Shown: in pieces, positions 1 to 9,646 of the stretch
Layout: each line of letters opens with the position of its first letter
Position numbering within the stretch: the stretch's first letter is position 1
DNA from: Pseudomonadota bacterium
GTDB taxonomy: Bacteria > Bdellovibrionota_B > Oligoflexia > Oligoflexales > CAIYRB01
Assembly (NCBI GenBank): GCA_031416315.1
Contig: JANOTL010000047.1
Coordinates: forward strand, 1-50,056
Reading direction: 5' to 3'
Length of the DNA: 50,056 nt
Program-made: the position numbers and the translations under genes
The notes under the pieces: generated by a model
Told to the model about the DNA's origin: nothing
Database searches by the model: none
The model's input: the letters and a program-made list of their open reading frames with translations, nothing else

Positions 1-147
1 CGATGCGGCACAAGTCTCACCTCCCCCCGGACCCGAAGGCTGTCGTCGGAATTTAGGCAGACGGCCAGCAGAACCTCGTTGCGCCGACTCCCGATTGGCT
101 AACCCGCATCAAGCCGTCCGCAGGACAAAAGCCGCGCAGCGCCAACC

Positions 148-167
148 CCAGCGCCGCGAGGCGCTGG
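148..167 (-). terminator. GC-rich hairpin downstream of the pfk operon (possible terminator)
   Basis: Perfect 8-bp stem CCAGCGCC-GCGA-GGCGCTGG just past the stop of 176..745; no adjacent U-tract. Confidence 0.35.
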
Positions 168-175
168 CAACTGCA

Positions 176-745
176 CTACGGCTTCAAGTCATGCGCCAGC
201 TTGAACCCAAACCGAGGACCCGTAGAAACGCGCCCACTCCCATAAATCCGAGAGTTCAAATCCTTGTGATACTCCGTAGTCGCATCCTCGAAAGCCAAAT
301 GATTGGCAAAGCCAACGCCAATCGACCCCATGAGCCCACCCCAAAACAACCCGTCCGCAACGCGCCGCTGCTTATCGCCGACCATCCCGTAGGAAATCGC
401 CCCGACGAGCGTCACGACCTGTGTGACATAGTGCGCCACGCGCAAAGTATGCATCCTCTCGAACTTCGCCGTAGTCGCCGGACTCACCCTCTCCATCACC
501 GGCGAAAACGAGTTGATCGAGTAATACTTGTCGGTCCCCTTGTCCTTCTGCGTCTGGATATACCCGCCACTGTCGGTGAGCCGCGCCCGCCCGTCATAAA
601 TCGCAAACTTGTCCAACTCCGCCTTCTTCGCGCCGTCCGCCTTGAGCTCGGCCCCCTCTCGCGGATACCCGTCAGACCACACGTCGACCGAGCGACAGCC
701 GAACAGAAGACCGCTCATCACTAACGCAAAAATCACCTTCACCAC
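176..745 (-). CDS. Hypothetical lipoprotein/membrane protein
   Basis: 189 aa ORF starting 1 nt after the pfk stop; lipobox-like LLFGC; two hydrophobic segments in the C-terminal half. Confidence 0.7.
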   Translation of the reverse strand: MVKVIFALVMSGLLFGCRSVDVWSDGYPREGAELKADGAKKAELDKFAIYDGRARLTDSGGYIQTQKDKGTDKYYSINSFSPVMERVSPATTAKFERMHTLRVAHYVTQVVTLVGAISYGMVGDKQRRVADGLFWGGLMGSIGVGFANHLAFEDATTEYHKDLNSRIYGSGRVSTGPRFGFKLAHDLKP

Positions 746-746
746 G

Positions 747-2069
747 TCAGGTCTCCGTTGCGGGCGGGGTGCCGATCGTGGCCGGCTGCCCCGTCATCTC
801 CAAGAGGTTGAGCCACAATTCGCCGCGGGGATTGATCTTCTGCGTCATCCCCGTCAGAGCCCTGGTCGGCACGTGCGTCATCTGCCCGTGCCAGTAGCCG
901 ATCATGATCCCGGTCTTGCCCGCCAACGCCGCGTGCACCGCGTTCTGCGCGAGCCGCGCGCAATGCAGCTGGTCGGCGGGATTCGCCGGCGCCGTGCGGA
1001 TCAGGTAGCTCGGGTCGATGTACTTCAGAGTCAAGGGAAAGCCGCGCCCGGCGAAGTGCGCCGTGATCCGCTCTTTCAGAAAGAGCCCGATGTCTCCCAG
1101 CTTCACGTTCCCCGAAGCGTCCCTTTTCTGCTCGCGGTGATCGAAGAAGTATTGCCCGGCGCCCTCGGCCGCGACGATCACGGCGTGCCGTCGCGCGCGC
1201 ACGCGTTTTTCGAGGACGTCGAGGAGGCCCCCCTCGCCTTCGAGGCCGAAGGGCACTTCGGGAACGAGGCAGATGTTGGCGTGACCGCTCGCCACCGTCG
1301 CGTTCGCCGCGATGTAGCCCGCGTGGCGGCCCATGATCTTGACCAAGCCGATCCCGTAGGGAACGCCCGTTGCCTCGACGTGCGCCGCGCGCACGGACTC
1401 GGTCGCCGCGCCCACCGCCGTCTCGAAGCCGAAAGTGCGGCGCACGAACGCAATGTCGTTGTCGATCGTCTTCGGCACGCACACGATCGCCAGCTTGAGG
1501 TTGCGCCGCTTGGCCTCCTGATAGATCGCCTCGGCGCCGCGCATCGTCCCGTCGCCGCCGATCGGGAAGAGGAGGCGGATCTTCAGCCGCTCGATGCTGT
1601 CGACGATCTCGCTCGGCGTCGGCGCCCCGCGCGACGAGCCGAGGATCGTGCCACCGTCGGAGTGGATGTCGCTCACGACGTCGGGATCGAGGGCGCGCGG
1701 CACGTCGGCGCCCTTGCCGAGGCCGCCGTATCCGTAGCGCACGCCGAGGATGTCGCGACAGCCGTAGCGGTACCAGAGCTGCATCACGATCCCGCGGATC
1801 ACGGCGTTGATGCCGGGGCAAAGCCCGCCGCAGGTGACGATCGCCGCGCGGGTCGCCTTCGGATCGAAGAAGATCTTCCCCCGCGGGCCCGCCAACTCGA
1901 AGCTCTCCGGCGTCTCGCTCTTCTTGATGAACGGGGCCAGGGCCGAAAGGTGCGGGTTGAGGACGATGCGCTCCCGGTCGTCCGTGAAGCTGACCTCCGA
2001 GGCCCGCTCGAGGGGCGTGGGGAGGCGCGCTTCGCCGACGGCTTCGACCGAAAAACGACCCGAACTCAT
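747..2069 (-). CDS. pfkA: ATP-dependent 6-phosphofructokinase (PfkA family, long type)
   Basis: Motifs TCGGLCPG, GGTILGSSRG, GGDGT (Gly indicates ATP specificity), PKTIDND, MGR, KYIDPSY. Confidence 0.93.
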   Translation of the reverse strand: MSSGRFSVEAVGEARLPTPLERASEVSFTDDRERIVLNPHLSALAPFIKKSETPESFELAGPRGKIFFDPKATRAAIVTCGGLCPGINAVIRGIVMQLWYRYGCRDILGVRYGYGGLGKGADVPRALDPDVVSDIHSDGGTILGSSRGAPTPSEIVDSIERLKIRLLFPIGGDGTMRGAEAIYQEAKRRNLKLAIVCVPKTIDNDIAFVRRTFGFETAVGAATESVRAAHVEATGVPYGIGLVKIMGRHAGYIAANATVASGHANICLVPEVPFGLEGEGGLLDVLEKRVRARRHAVIVAAEGAGQYFFDHREQKRDASGNVKLGDIGLFLKERITAHFAGRGFPLTLKYIDPSYLIRTAPANPADQLHCARLAQNAVHAALAGKTGIMIGYWHGQMTHVPTRALTGMTQKINPRGELWLNLLEMTGQPATIGTPPATET

Positions 2070-2134
2070 TCACGAATCTCCGGTGGCCTGGGGAAAGCGC
2101 TCAGCTTGTGCTAAAAGCCACCCCCTATATAAGT

Positions 2135-3184
2135 ATGCGAAGCTTCTACGATCAACCACTGACATCACTCGAGCGTTACTGCGCCGGAGCCCGCCTCCCG
2201 CAGATTCACGCCCGAAACCTGTTCCGGAACGCGTACAAGGCGCTCCGCGCGGATCCCGAGCAAGATGAGCGCCTCCCGCGCGCTCTGACCGCGGCCTTCG
2301 CCCGCGATTTCTCGCTACCCCTGCCGCGGGTCGTCGAGGCCCACCGCTCGGCCTACGACCACAGCGTCAAGCTGCTCCTGGAGCTTTCGGACGGGCTGCG
2401 CGTCGAATCGGTCATCATGCCCGAGTCGCAACGTCTCACCCTGTGCATCTCCTCGCAAGTCGGCTGCGCCCAGGCGTGCGTCTTCTGCCATACGGGGCGT
2501 ATGGGTCTCACGCGGAACCTCACGGCGGGCGAGATCGTCGGCCAAGTGGTGCTGGCCGACCTTTGGCTAGCCGCGCATCCCGACTGGCCCTCCGTCGAGC
2601 GTCGCGTCGGCAACGTCGTCTTCATGGGCATGGGCGAGCCGCTCGACAACGTCGACGCCGTCGCCGACGCGCTCAGCATCCTGACGGATCCTTACGGCTT
2701 GGCGCTCGGCCTGCGCCGCATCTCGGTCTCCACCGCCGGGCACCTCGAGGGCATCGAGCGCCTCGTCGCCCTGGTCCCGAACGTGCGCTTGGCTTTGAGC
2801 GTCCACAGCGTCGACGAGCAGAAGCGCTCGAAGATCATGCCGATCAACCGGCGCTGGCCGCTCGCTTCGGTGATCTCGCGCTTGAAGGAGCTCCGCCCCG
2901 AGGGCAACGGCATCCCCGTGATGCTGCAGTACACGATGATCAAGGGCGTCAACGACTCCGTCGAGGAGGCCGCGCGCCTCGTCGAGCTGATGCGGGGCCT
3001 CGAGGCGAAGGTCAACTTGATCCCGCTCAACCCGATCGATCCGACCCGCCTCGTCGCGCCCTCGCCGGAGACCATCCAAGCCTTCCGCGACGTGCTCCAC
3101 GCGGCCGGCGTGCGCGTCATGGTCCGATACTCGAAAGGTCAGGACATCGCGGCCGCTTGTGGCCAGCTGGTCGTGCGCGCCTGA
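2135..3184 (+). CDS. rlmN: 23S rRNA m2A2503/tRNA methyltransferase, radical SAM
   Basis: CISSQVGCAQACVFCHTG (CxxxCxxC), MGMGEP, C-terminal DIAAACGQL; ATG 2135 preferred over TTG/GTG upstream. Confidence 0.93.
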   Translation: MRSFYDQPLTSLERYCAGARLPQIHARNLFRNAYKALRADPEQDERLPRALTAAFARDFSLPLPRVVEAHRSAYDHSVKLLLELSDGLRVESVIMPESQRLTLCISSQVGCAQACVFCHTGRMGLTRNLTAGEIVGQVVLADLWLAAHPDWPSVERRVGNVVFMGMGEPLDNVDAVADALSILTDPYGLALGLRRISVSTAGHLEGIERLVALVPNVRLALSVHSVDEQKRSKIMPINRRWPLASVISRLKELRPEGNGIPVMLQYTMIKGVNDSVEEAARLVELMRGLEAKVNLIPLNPIDPTRLVAPSPETIQAFRDVLHAAGVRVMVRYSKGQDIAAACGQLVVRA

Positions 3185-3284
3185 GCGCACTTTACCGGCC
3201 TTGGCGCTTCGGCAAGAACCGCGCTCTTTCCGAGCGGCGACGGTAGGCTTGCAGCCCTGCATAGTAAACATTGTGGGGGCAAGC

Positions 3285-3313
3285 CTAAACCGGAAGGCCC
3301 CGGCTGCCGACAG
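3285..3313 (+). promoter_or_regulatory. Putative sigma28 (FliA) promoter of the fapA-like gene
   Basis: CTAAA-N16-GCCGACAG, about 40 nt before the start. Confidence 0.5.
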
Positions 3314-3354
3314 GACATAAGACAACCTGCGCTAAGAGTTGAGGACTTTCGCGT

Positions 3355-5694
3355 TTGAGCGATCAGCTGAAATTGTCGTACGCCGCCGGCTCCTTCCGCG
3401 TAAGGTGCGAGATCTCGCGCGCCGCGGCTAAGGCAGCCGAGTCGCCGCCAGCTGACTTGATCGCGCGCGCGAAGACGAAGCTCGAAAGCGTGAAGAACGC
3501 CGGCGAGATCGCCTTCTTCTACGTTTACGAGACGCGCCTCAACGAGACCTGGAAAGCGCTGCGCGAAGCCGAGGGCGAGGCTGACGACCGCAAGGTCGTG
3601 GTCACGGTCGGCGCCGGCGCGCCGCTCCTGAACGGCATCAAGGCCGAAAAATCGCCGACCGAGAAGGCCATCGCGCTGCTCCACGTCGAGCCGCCGAAAG
3701 ATGCGGCGACGTGGCGCTACGAGTGGTTCAAGCTCATGGTCGTGAAGCGCCTTCGCGACGCCGGGGTGCGCGAGACGCCGAACTTCGCGCAGGTGTTTGC
3801 TGCTTTCCTCCGCGCACAGCGCGGTGAGAAGGTCACGGCCATGCCGATCACCTCCGCCACCGCGGCGATGCCCGCCGCCGCCGCCGGCCAACCGGCGCGC
3901 GCCTTCTCGGTCGTCGCCAACAAGCAGCGCCTCGAGATCGGCGTCGTCATCCGCAACATGAAAGAGCTGCTGCAGAAGTCGCAGCGCGACGCGATGCTCA
4001 TCCTCATCAACCAGGCCGTGCGCCAGCTCGCGACCGACGGCGTCGAGTACAAGATCCTGAAGAAGGACTTCCTCGCCGCGCTGCAGGCCGCCACCGACGG
4101 CCCCGAAAGCTTGAACCTCGAGCTCCCGGTCACGCTCCTCGCCGCGGTCGGCACGCCCGCGGCCTCGGCCGGTGTCGGCGCGGCGCAGGCCGCGGCGGGT
4201 GGCGGTAAGATCAACTGCGGCCCCTCGACGCACCCCGGCGCCGCGAAGATCTCCTTCGCGGTTTCGTCGGACAAGATGGAGGCGACGATCACGGGCTTCG
4301 CGAAGGCGTACTACGACGATCCGACCTTCCAGGTGGACATGGACTGGCTTCTGGCCGAGATCCGCCGTTGCGGCCTACGTTCCGAGCTCACCGAGGACAT
4401 GAACAAGGCCTTCAACGAGGCGATGCGCAAGAAAGACGACCTGAATGGTCTCCTCGCCGCTCGCGGCGTCCCGGGCGCCGGCGGCCGTGCGCCGTATCTG
4501 CACCAGACCTACAAGGACGCGGCCGGCCGCAGCGCCGCCGACCTCGACACGGCCAACATCGACATGCGCGAGATGCAGCAGCGCGCCACCGTGAAAAGCG
4601 GGCAACTCGTCGCGCAGGTTCGGTACAAAGAGCCGCCGGTCACGGGCCGAAACGTCTATAACGAGGAGATCCCCGCGCCGCCAGACGACCAGATGATCGT
4701 GCGCGTCGGCGACGGTATCGTGCAGCGCGATTCCCAGAAATACTATGCCACCGCCGACGGCATCCCTATGATCGACGAAGAGTCGATCTCGCTCAGCAAG
4801 GTTCTGGTCCACAACGGCGACGTCAACTTGCGCAGCGGTAACATCCGGTTCGACGGGCCGGTGGAGATCAAGGGCTCGATCGACATGGGCGCCGTAGTCG
4901 ACGTGACCGGCGACCTCATCGTTCACGGCACGATTCGCGCCGCACAGGTGCGCGCCGGCGGCAACATCGAGGCGAAATCCGGTATCGTCACCGGCGGCAA
5001 GGGCCGCGTGCAGGCCCGCGGCCACATCACGGCGGAGTTCATCGAGAACTCGAACGTCGTCTGCGGCGGCGACATCTACGTCGCGAAGGCCATCATCAAC
5101 AGCCGGATCATCAGCGGCGGCACGGTCAAGATCAGCGCGAAGGACGGCGTCATCGCCGGCGGCATCATCTCGGCCCGCGACGCGATCATCACGAGAAACC
5201 TCGGCTTCAAGCGCGGCGCGCTCACGACGCTCAACATCGGCGTCGACTGGAAGATCGAGCAGGCGATGCAGATCCGCAAAGGCCGCCTCGAGCGGTGCAC
5301 CAAGCGAGCCGGCGAAGATCGCCAGGCACTGCGCGAGCTCGTGCAGAAGAAGGCCGCGCAGATGACCGCGCGCCACAAGGAGATGAAAGACGAGCTGCAG
5401 GACCGCCTGGGCCGCTTCCGCACCTTGATCGAGAACGCCGAGAAGCACCTGCAGAACGCGATCGCGAAGCAAAACTTCAACGCCAGCGCCAAGATCATCA
5501 TCCACGAGACGCTCGCGGCGAACTGCGCCGTGAGCATCGGCGGTCAGGTCATCCCGGTGCCGCACGATGTCGCCAACGTCGCGATCGTCCCCAAGCGCCG
5601 CCGCGGCTCCTACATCGTCCCGCTCGAAGAGTACGTCGCGGAAGAGGACGGTGCGGCGGCCGGCGCAGGCAAGGGCGGCAAGAAGGCGAGCTGA
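3355..5694 (+). CDS. FapA (DUF342) family flagellar assembly protein with long N-terminal extension
   Basis: C-terminal beta-solenoid signature VHNGDVNLRSGNIRFDGPVEIKGSI...AEFIENSNVVCGGDI followed by a coiled coil; TTG start with GAGGA RBS. Confidence 0.85.
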   Translation: MSDQLKLSYAAGSFRVRCEISRAAAKAAESPPADLIARAKTKLESVKNAGEIAFFYVYETRLNETWKALREAEGEADDRKVVVTVGAGAPLLNGIKAEKSPTEKAIALLHVEPPKDAATWRYEWFKLMVVKRLRDAGVRETPNFAQVFAAFLRAQRGEKVTAMPITSATAAMPAAAAGQPARAFSVVANKQRLEIGVVIRNMKELLQKSQRDAMLILINQAVRQLATDGVEYKILKKDFLAALQAATDGPESLNLELPVTLLAAVGTPAASAGVGAAQAAAGGGKINCGPSTHPGAAKISFAVSSDKMEATITGFAKAYYDDPTFQVDMDWLLAEIRRCGLRSELTEDMNKAFNEAMRKKDDLNGLLAARGVPGAGGRAPYLHQTYKDAAGRSAADLDTANIDMREMQQRATVKSGQLVAQVRYKEPPVTGRNVYNEEIPAPPDDQMIVRVGDGIVQRDSQKYYATADGIPMIDEESISLSKVLVHNGDVNLRSGNIRFDGPVEIKGSIDMGAVVDVTGDLIVHGTIRAAQVRAGGNIEAKSGIVTGGKGRVQARGHITAEFIENSNVVCGGDIYVAKAIINSRIISGGTVKISAKDGVIAGGIISARDAIITRNLGFKRGALTTLNIGVDWKIEQAMQIRKGRLERCTKRAGEDRQALRELVQKKAAQMTARHKEMKDELQDRLGRFRTLIENAEKHLQNAIAKQNFNASAKIIIHETLAANCAVSIGGQVIPVPHDVANVAIVPKRRRGSYIVPLEEYVAEEDGAAAGAGKGGKKAS

Positions 5695-5908
5695 GACGGT
5701 CCGGCGCTTTCAGGCGCCGGCCTCGCGATCCGTGCCCTAGGCCTGCGCTTATTTTTTGCAGGCGCGGATCACGATGTCGTCGCGCCCGAAGGCTGCGACC
5801 GTGGTCCCAGGCTCGTCGAGGCGGAGCTAGACCGCGGCTGTCGTCGAAGCGTTCGATCGTCATCGCTTCGCCGGCCCAAGGATGGCTCGTTCCGACTCAA
5901 CGCGTCGA

Positions 5909-6643
5909 TCAGAGATAGTAACGCATCCGGTCTCCGCCGAGCTGCGATTTCTCGATATACTTCTCGAGCCGCTTCTTCGCGTCGCCGCCGAAGGCGACGA
6001 AGCGGATGCCGACGCCCGTTTGCCGATCCGGGTTCTGCTTCGCGAATTTGATCGTGCGCACGACTTCGCCGCTCACCTGCAAGGGCTTCCTGTCGCCGGG
6101 CAGCGAGAACTCGACCTCGACGTTCAAGCCGTCGGTGAGGTCTTCTTCGGTCGAGACCAGGATTCCTGAGATCGACAGGTCGCCGATCGGGCAGGTGAAG
6201 GTGCGGCCTTCCAGCGCCACCGTCACTTCGCCGTGAATGGCGACGCGCTCGGTCGTGCGGTGCTTCTGCTCGATCAACTGCTTCAACTTCTCGATGAAAT
6301 ACTCGCGCGGCAGCGGCTGCTCGACGAAGAGGTCGGCGCCGGCCTCGAGCGCGGCGTTGCGGATCTTCGCCGCCGTCTGGACGCTCGTGCAGACCACCGG
6401 GATGCCGGCCCACTGCTCCTGCGACTTCAGGTGTTTCGTCACCTGCGCGGCGTTCACCAGCTTGTGGTCCATGTTGATGACGATGAGGTCGATCTTGTCG
6501 GCCTCGAGCAGCTTCAAGGCGTCCGCGAAGGTCGACGCCGCGCGGACGAACACGCCCATCTTGCGGTAGCCGGCCCGATCGAGGTCGGTCGTGAGCGTCT
6601 TGTCGTCGAGCGACAGCAGTTTTATGGTAGTTTGTGCGCTCAT
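5909..6643 (-). CDS. Atypical receiver domain + PilZ domain protein
   Basis: REC fold (LDD...DLIVIN...GADLFVEQP); PilZ motifs RTTER and DLSISG; ATG 6643 with GGAG RBS. Confidence 0.85.
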   Translation of the reverse strand: MSAQTTIKLLSLDDKTLTTDLDRAGYRKMGVFVRAASTFADALKLLEADKIDLIVINMDHKLVNAAQVTKHLKSQEQWAGIPVVCTSVQTAAKIRNAALEAGADLFVEQPLPREYFIEKLKQLIEQKHRTTERVAIHGEVTVALEGRTFTCPIGDLSISGILVSTEEDLTDGLNVEVEFSLPGDRKPLQVSGEVVRTIKFAKQNPDRQTGVGIRFVAFGGDAKKRLEKYIEKSQLGGDRMRYYL

Positions 6644-6676
6644 GCTGGACTCCATGGACGAATCAGACTCCCCCCG

Positions 6677-6703
6677 GCTTCGGCTTTCCTCGGCGCCGGT
6701 TGA
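6677..6703 (-). promoter_or_regulatory. Putative sigma28 promoter of the REC-PilZ gene
   Basis: TCAA-N15-GCCGAAGC on the minus strand. Confidence 0.4.
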
Positions 6704-7533
6704 GGGGAAAATCATCGGAGCGCGGTATCTCCCCGAAAGAACGGAAAATTCCGCCAAAGATCCCGCGTCTTCGCGTCGACGAGCTGCTCGTGCGCCGTGG
6801 CTTGGCCGACCGGATCGAGCTGGCGCGCGCGTTGGTGATGGCGGGCAAGGTCTTTGCCGGCGGCGGTCCCACGGAGCAAAAGGTCGACAAGCCTTCGGAG
6901 CTCCTGCCAGAAGAGACTCCGCTGCGTGTGAAGGACTCTGGGATGCGCTTCGTCAGCCGGGCCGGCGACAAGCTATGGCACGCGCTGCATGACCTCGGCA
7001 TCGAAGCCTCGCTGAAAGGCCTGACGATTCTCGACGTCGGCGCCTCCACCGGCGGCTTCACGCAGTGCGCGCTGGAGCTCGGCGCGGCCCACGTCGTCTC
7101 CTTGGACGTAGGTGTCGGCCAGCTCGCATGGGAGCTCAGGACCGACGCGCGCGTCACGTGCCTCGAGCGCACTGATCTTCGGGTCTTCGTCCGTGCCGAG
7201 CACCCCGCGATCGACATGGTCGTCGCGGACGTCAGCTTCAACTCGCTCGCGCGCCTGGCGCCGGGTTTGCGCGCCGCCGCGCCGCGCCCCGGCACCCGGT
7301 TTCTCTTGCTCGTGAAGCCGCAGTTCGAGCTGCCGCGCGCCGCCGTTCCGGACGGCGGCGTCGTCGAGGACGACGTCCTGCGCGCGAGAGCCGCCGCTTC
7401 GGTCACCAAGGCCTTGCGCGCGGTCGGGATCGTCGTCACGGCGACCTTGGATGCCAAGGTCGCCGGTCGTACGGGCAATCGCGAGATTTTTCTCTACGGA
7501 ACCGCCGAGGGCGAGCCTCAGGTGTCCGCGTAG
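6700..7533 (+). CDS. tlyA: TlyA family rRNA 2'-O-methyltransferase (S4 + FtsJ-like)
   Basis: RLRVDELLVRRGL, FVSRAGDKL, LDVGASTGGFT, DVSF, LVKPQFE, GNRE; start uncertain (TTG 6700 or ATC 6727). Confidence 0.9.
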   Translation: MRGKSSERGISPKERKIPPKIPRLRVDELLVRRGLADRIELARALVMAGKVFAGGGPTEQKVDKPSELLPEETPLRVKDSGMRFVSRAGDKLWHALHDLGIEASLKGLTILDVGASTGGFTQCALELGAAHVVSLDVGVGQLAWELRTDARVTCLERTDLRVFVRAEHPAIDMVVADVSFNSLARLAPGLRAAAPRPGTRFLLLVKPQFELPRAAVPDGGVVEDDVLRARAAASVTKALRAVGIVVTATLDAKVAGRTGNREIFLYGTAEGEPQVSA

Positions 7534-7787
7534 AGGTGCGCCTCTTGGCGCAGGCAGAAGAAAAAGTGCGCCGCATCCAGCGCGTCCACCCAAATGGTGT
7601 CGGCGTGGTAGTCGTAATGCGCGGCGATGTGATGCAGATCGATCGCTTCCAGGACCAGGTCCTGGTCCAATCCGTAGAGCTGGCACATGCCGACGAGAGT
7701 CAGCCGTTTCCCGGAATACTCGCCGGGATTATGGCCAAGCTCTTTTAGGGCCAAGGCAAATGTTTCCTTGCTCACCTGCGGGGGCAT
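7518..7787 (-). CDS. Small hypothetical protein (89 aa)
   Basis: ATG 7787 with GAGG RBS; protein-like composition; converges on tlyA. Confidence 0.7.
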   Translation of the reverse strand: MPPQVSKETFALALKELGHNPGEYSGKRLTLVGMCQLYGLDQDLVLEAIDLHHIAAHYDYHADTIWVDALDAAHFFFCLRQEAHLYADT

Positions 7788-7946
7788 CAAGGACCTCGTT
7801 ATGGGAAGGGGATAAGAGAATTCTACGCAAGAATCTTCGCCCTCCACAACGGGAAGCAATTGCAGGCCAAGGCATTGGCGGTGTCGTACGCTTCTGCCTC
7901 GCGAGTTTGAGCCGGGTGCGTCAAGGCGCTGGCGCGCGCGAGAGAT

Positions 7947-9533
7947 TCAGCGCCAGTCGCGAACCGAGCGGTTCACCGCGTCTTTCAGCGTTTTGTGGGG
8001 ATTGAAGACGAGGCGCGGGACCTCGACGAACAGGGCATTTGCTACCGCGCCGTTGCCGAGCAGCTCGAAGAGCACGGTCTCGTGGTAGTAGACGGTGCGG
8101 CCGCGCCAGCTTTTCTCGGCGAGGAGCCAGAAATCCTCGTTTTTCTCTGCGTAATATGCGGGATCCGCGGTGATCTCCGCCAAGACGAAGACCGGATTGA
8201 AATGCGTCGCGCGCTCCGGGTTCGCCAGGTACGCGTCCTTGTCCGCTTCGCTGACGTGCGGCACTTCGATGCAGACCTTCTCGACGCCGCGCTGCGTGAC
8301 GACGAAGCAAGGTGTACCGCCGACGTCGCGCGCCGTATTCGGCACTTGCCCCAGCACGTTCAAAGGCCGCTCATAGAGCGAAGCCAGGGCCTTAAGGCTG
8401 GGCTTTTCCGCCGGCAAAGGCGCGTGGAAGAGGCGGAGTTGGATGCGCCACAGCGCGCGTTCTTCGACGCTCGGGACGCCTTCGAGAAGGCTCGTGACCT
8501 GGCGGGTTCTTTCCGGATCGGGCCCGTCGGGCAGGGCGGCCTCGAGCGCGGCAAGCGACCCGGCAAGACTTGCCGCTTTTTTCGCGGAGCCCTCGCGCAG
8601 CGCCGCGCGGATGCCGAAGGTGGCCGCGTAGGCGAGCTGATACAGCTCCAGGAAATCGCTGCTCGCACGCACGGCGGCCGCGCTCGTGCCCATCACGTTG
8701 TCGATGTTCCGAATGAAGAGCGAGTGCGCCGCGGGCAGAGCTTCGCGCACGGCCGGGAAGAGGCTCGCCAGCGCGCCGTGGCCGGCGGGGACCAAGGAGG
8801 CGCGGCCGTCGGGCTCGCGCGCCGGCTCGCCGTTCTTCTCGAAGCGCAAAGTGGAGAGGGCCGGACCCTGCTCGAGAAAATGCGCGTTTTTGCAGGCGGC
8901 GGCGAAGCGCTCGGCGAGGCCCGGGGGCGTCACATACACTTCGCCCGCGAGTCCTTTCAAGGCCGCGTGCTCTTCCTGCTTCATCTCGAGGAAGGTGAGG
9001 CCCTCGCCGACGCAGGGCAGCAAAGCTTTCGGGAGGGACAGGTCGAAGAGCAGACCGGCGCGCGTCGCGTCGTCGAGCTTGGCGGCGGCTTCCGGCTTCG
9101 CCAGCAGCGCTTTCACCCGCGTCGGCAAGGGCCAGCTGGAGGCGCCCTCGGCGGCGAGCGCGCGCACCATCTCGACGAGGCTTTCGCCGTCTCCGCGCTC
9201 GAGCGCGTCGATCAGGTTCGCGAGCGGCTTCGAGTAGCGGCTCGCGGCGCCCGCGGCCGGCACGAAGGCGGCGATGCCCGTCGCCGGCATCGCGGGACCC
9301 GGCACGGTCGCGGCCGTCTTCGCCAGCGCCAAGGCGCCTTCGCCGAGGAGCCCGCCGTTGTCGATCCGGCACGTGTCGACGATGCGGAACAGCGGGCGAT
9401 CCCCGCGCGCGAGCGCGGCAACGAGGCGCTCGCGGTGCCGGCTGACCGTCTTGTGGTCGAGCCCGAGGCTCGAGAGCTCATGGGGAACGAGCACGTGGAC
9501 TCCTACGGGCGCAGGGGGTGCGGGGCGGTGCAT
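7947..9533 (-). CDS. DUF4301 family protein (nucleotidyltransferase-like fold)
   Basis: FVPAAGAASR, PAGHGAL, FIRNIDNV, THFNPV, FVEVPRLVFNPHKT motifs. Confidence 0.8.
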   Translation of the reverse strand: MHRPAPPAPVGVHVLVPHELSSLGLDHKTVSRHRERLVAALARGDRPLFRIVDTCRIDNGGLLGEGALALAKTAATVPGPAMPATGIAAFVPAAGAASRYSKPLANLIDALERGDGESLVEMVRALAAEGASSWPLPTRVKALLAKPEAAAKLDDATRAGLLFDLSLPKALLPCVGEGLTFLEMKQEEHAALKGLAGEVYVTPPGLAERFAAACKNAHFLEQGPALSTLRFEKNGEPAREPDGRASLVPAGHGALASLFPAVREALPAAHSLFIRNIDNVMGTSAAAVRASSDFLELYQLAYAATFGIRAALREGSAKKAASLAGSLAALEAALPDGPDPERTRQVTSLLEGVPSVEERALWRIQLRLFHAPLPAEKPSLKALASLYERPLNVLGQVPNTARDVGGTPCFVVTQRGVEKVCIEVPHVSEADKDAYLANPERATHFNPVFVLAEITADPAYYAEKNEDFWLLAEKSWRGRTVYYHETVLFELLGNGAVANALFVEVPRLVFNPHKTLKDAVNRSVRDWR

Positions 9534-9585
9534 CCTAGCGCTGGATATGGGGAATGTCTACCGGCGGCAATCTATGATTTGATTG

Positions 9586-9637
9586 ACCGCAGAGAACGCA
9601 GTGGTTCTTTATAAAAACTCTCTGCGTTCTCTGCGGT
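9586..9637. repeat. REP-like inverted repeat, copy 1 (9-mer periodic GCAGAGAAC)
   Basis: Perfect 16-bp arms ACCGCAGAGAACGCAG (9586-9601) / CTGCGTTCTCTGCGGT (9622-9637), 20-nt AT-rich loop. Confidence 0.9.
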
Positions 9638-9646
9638 AAACAAACT

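Noticed and set aside
7855..7870. TGGCCTGCAATTGCT as a sigma54 promoter on the minus strand
   Set aside because: GG-to-GC spacing is 9 nt rather than the required 10
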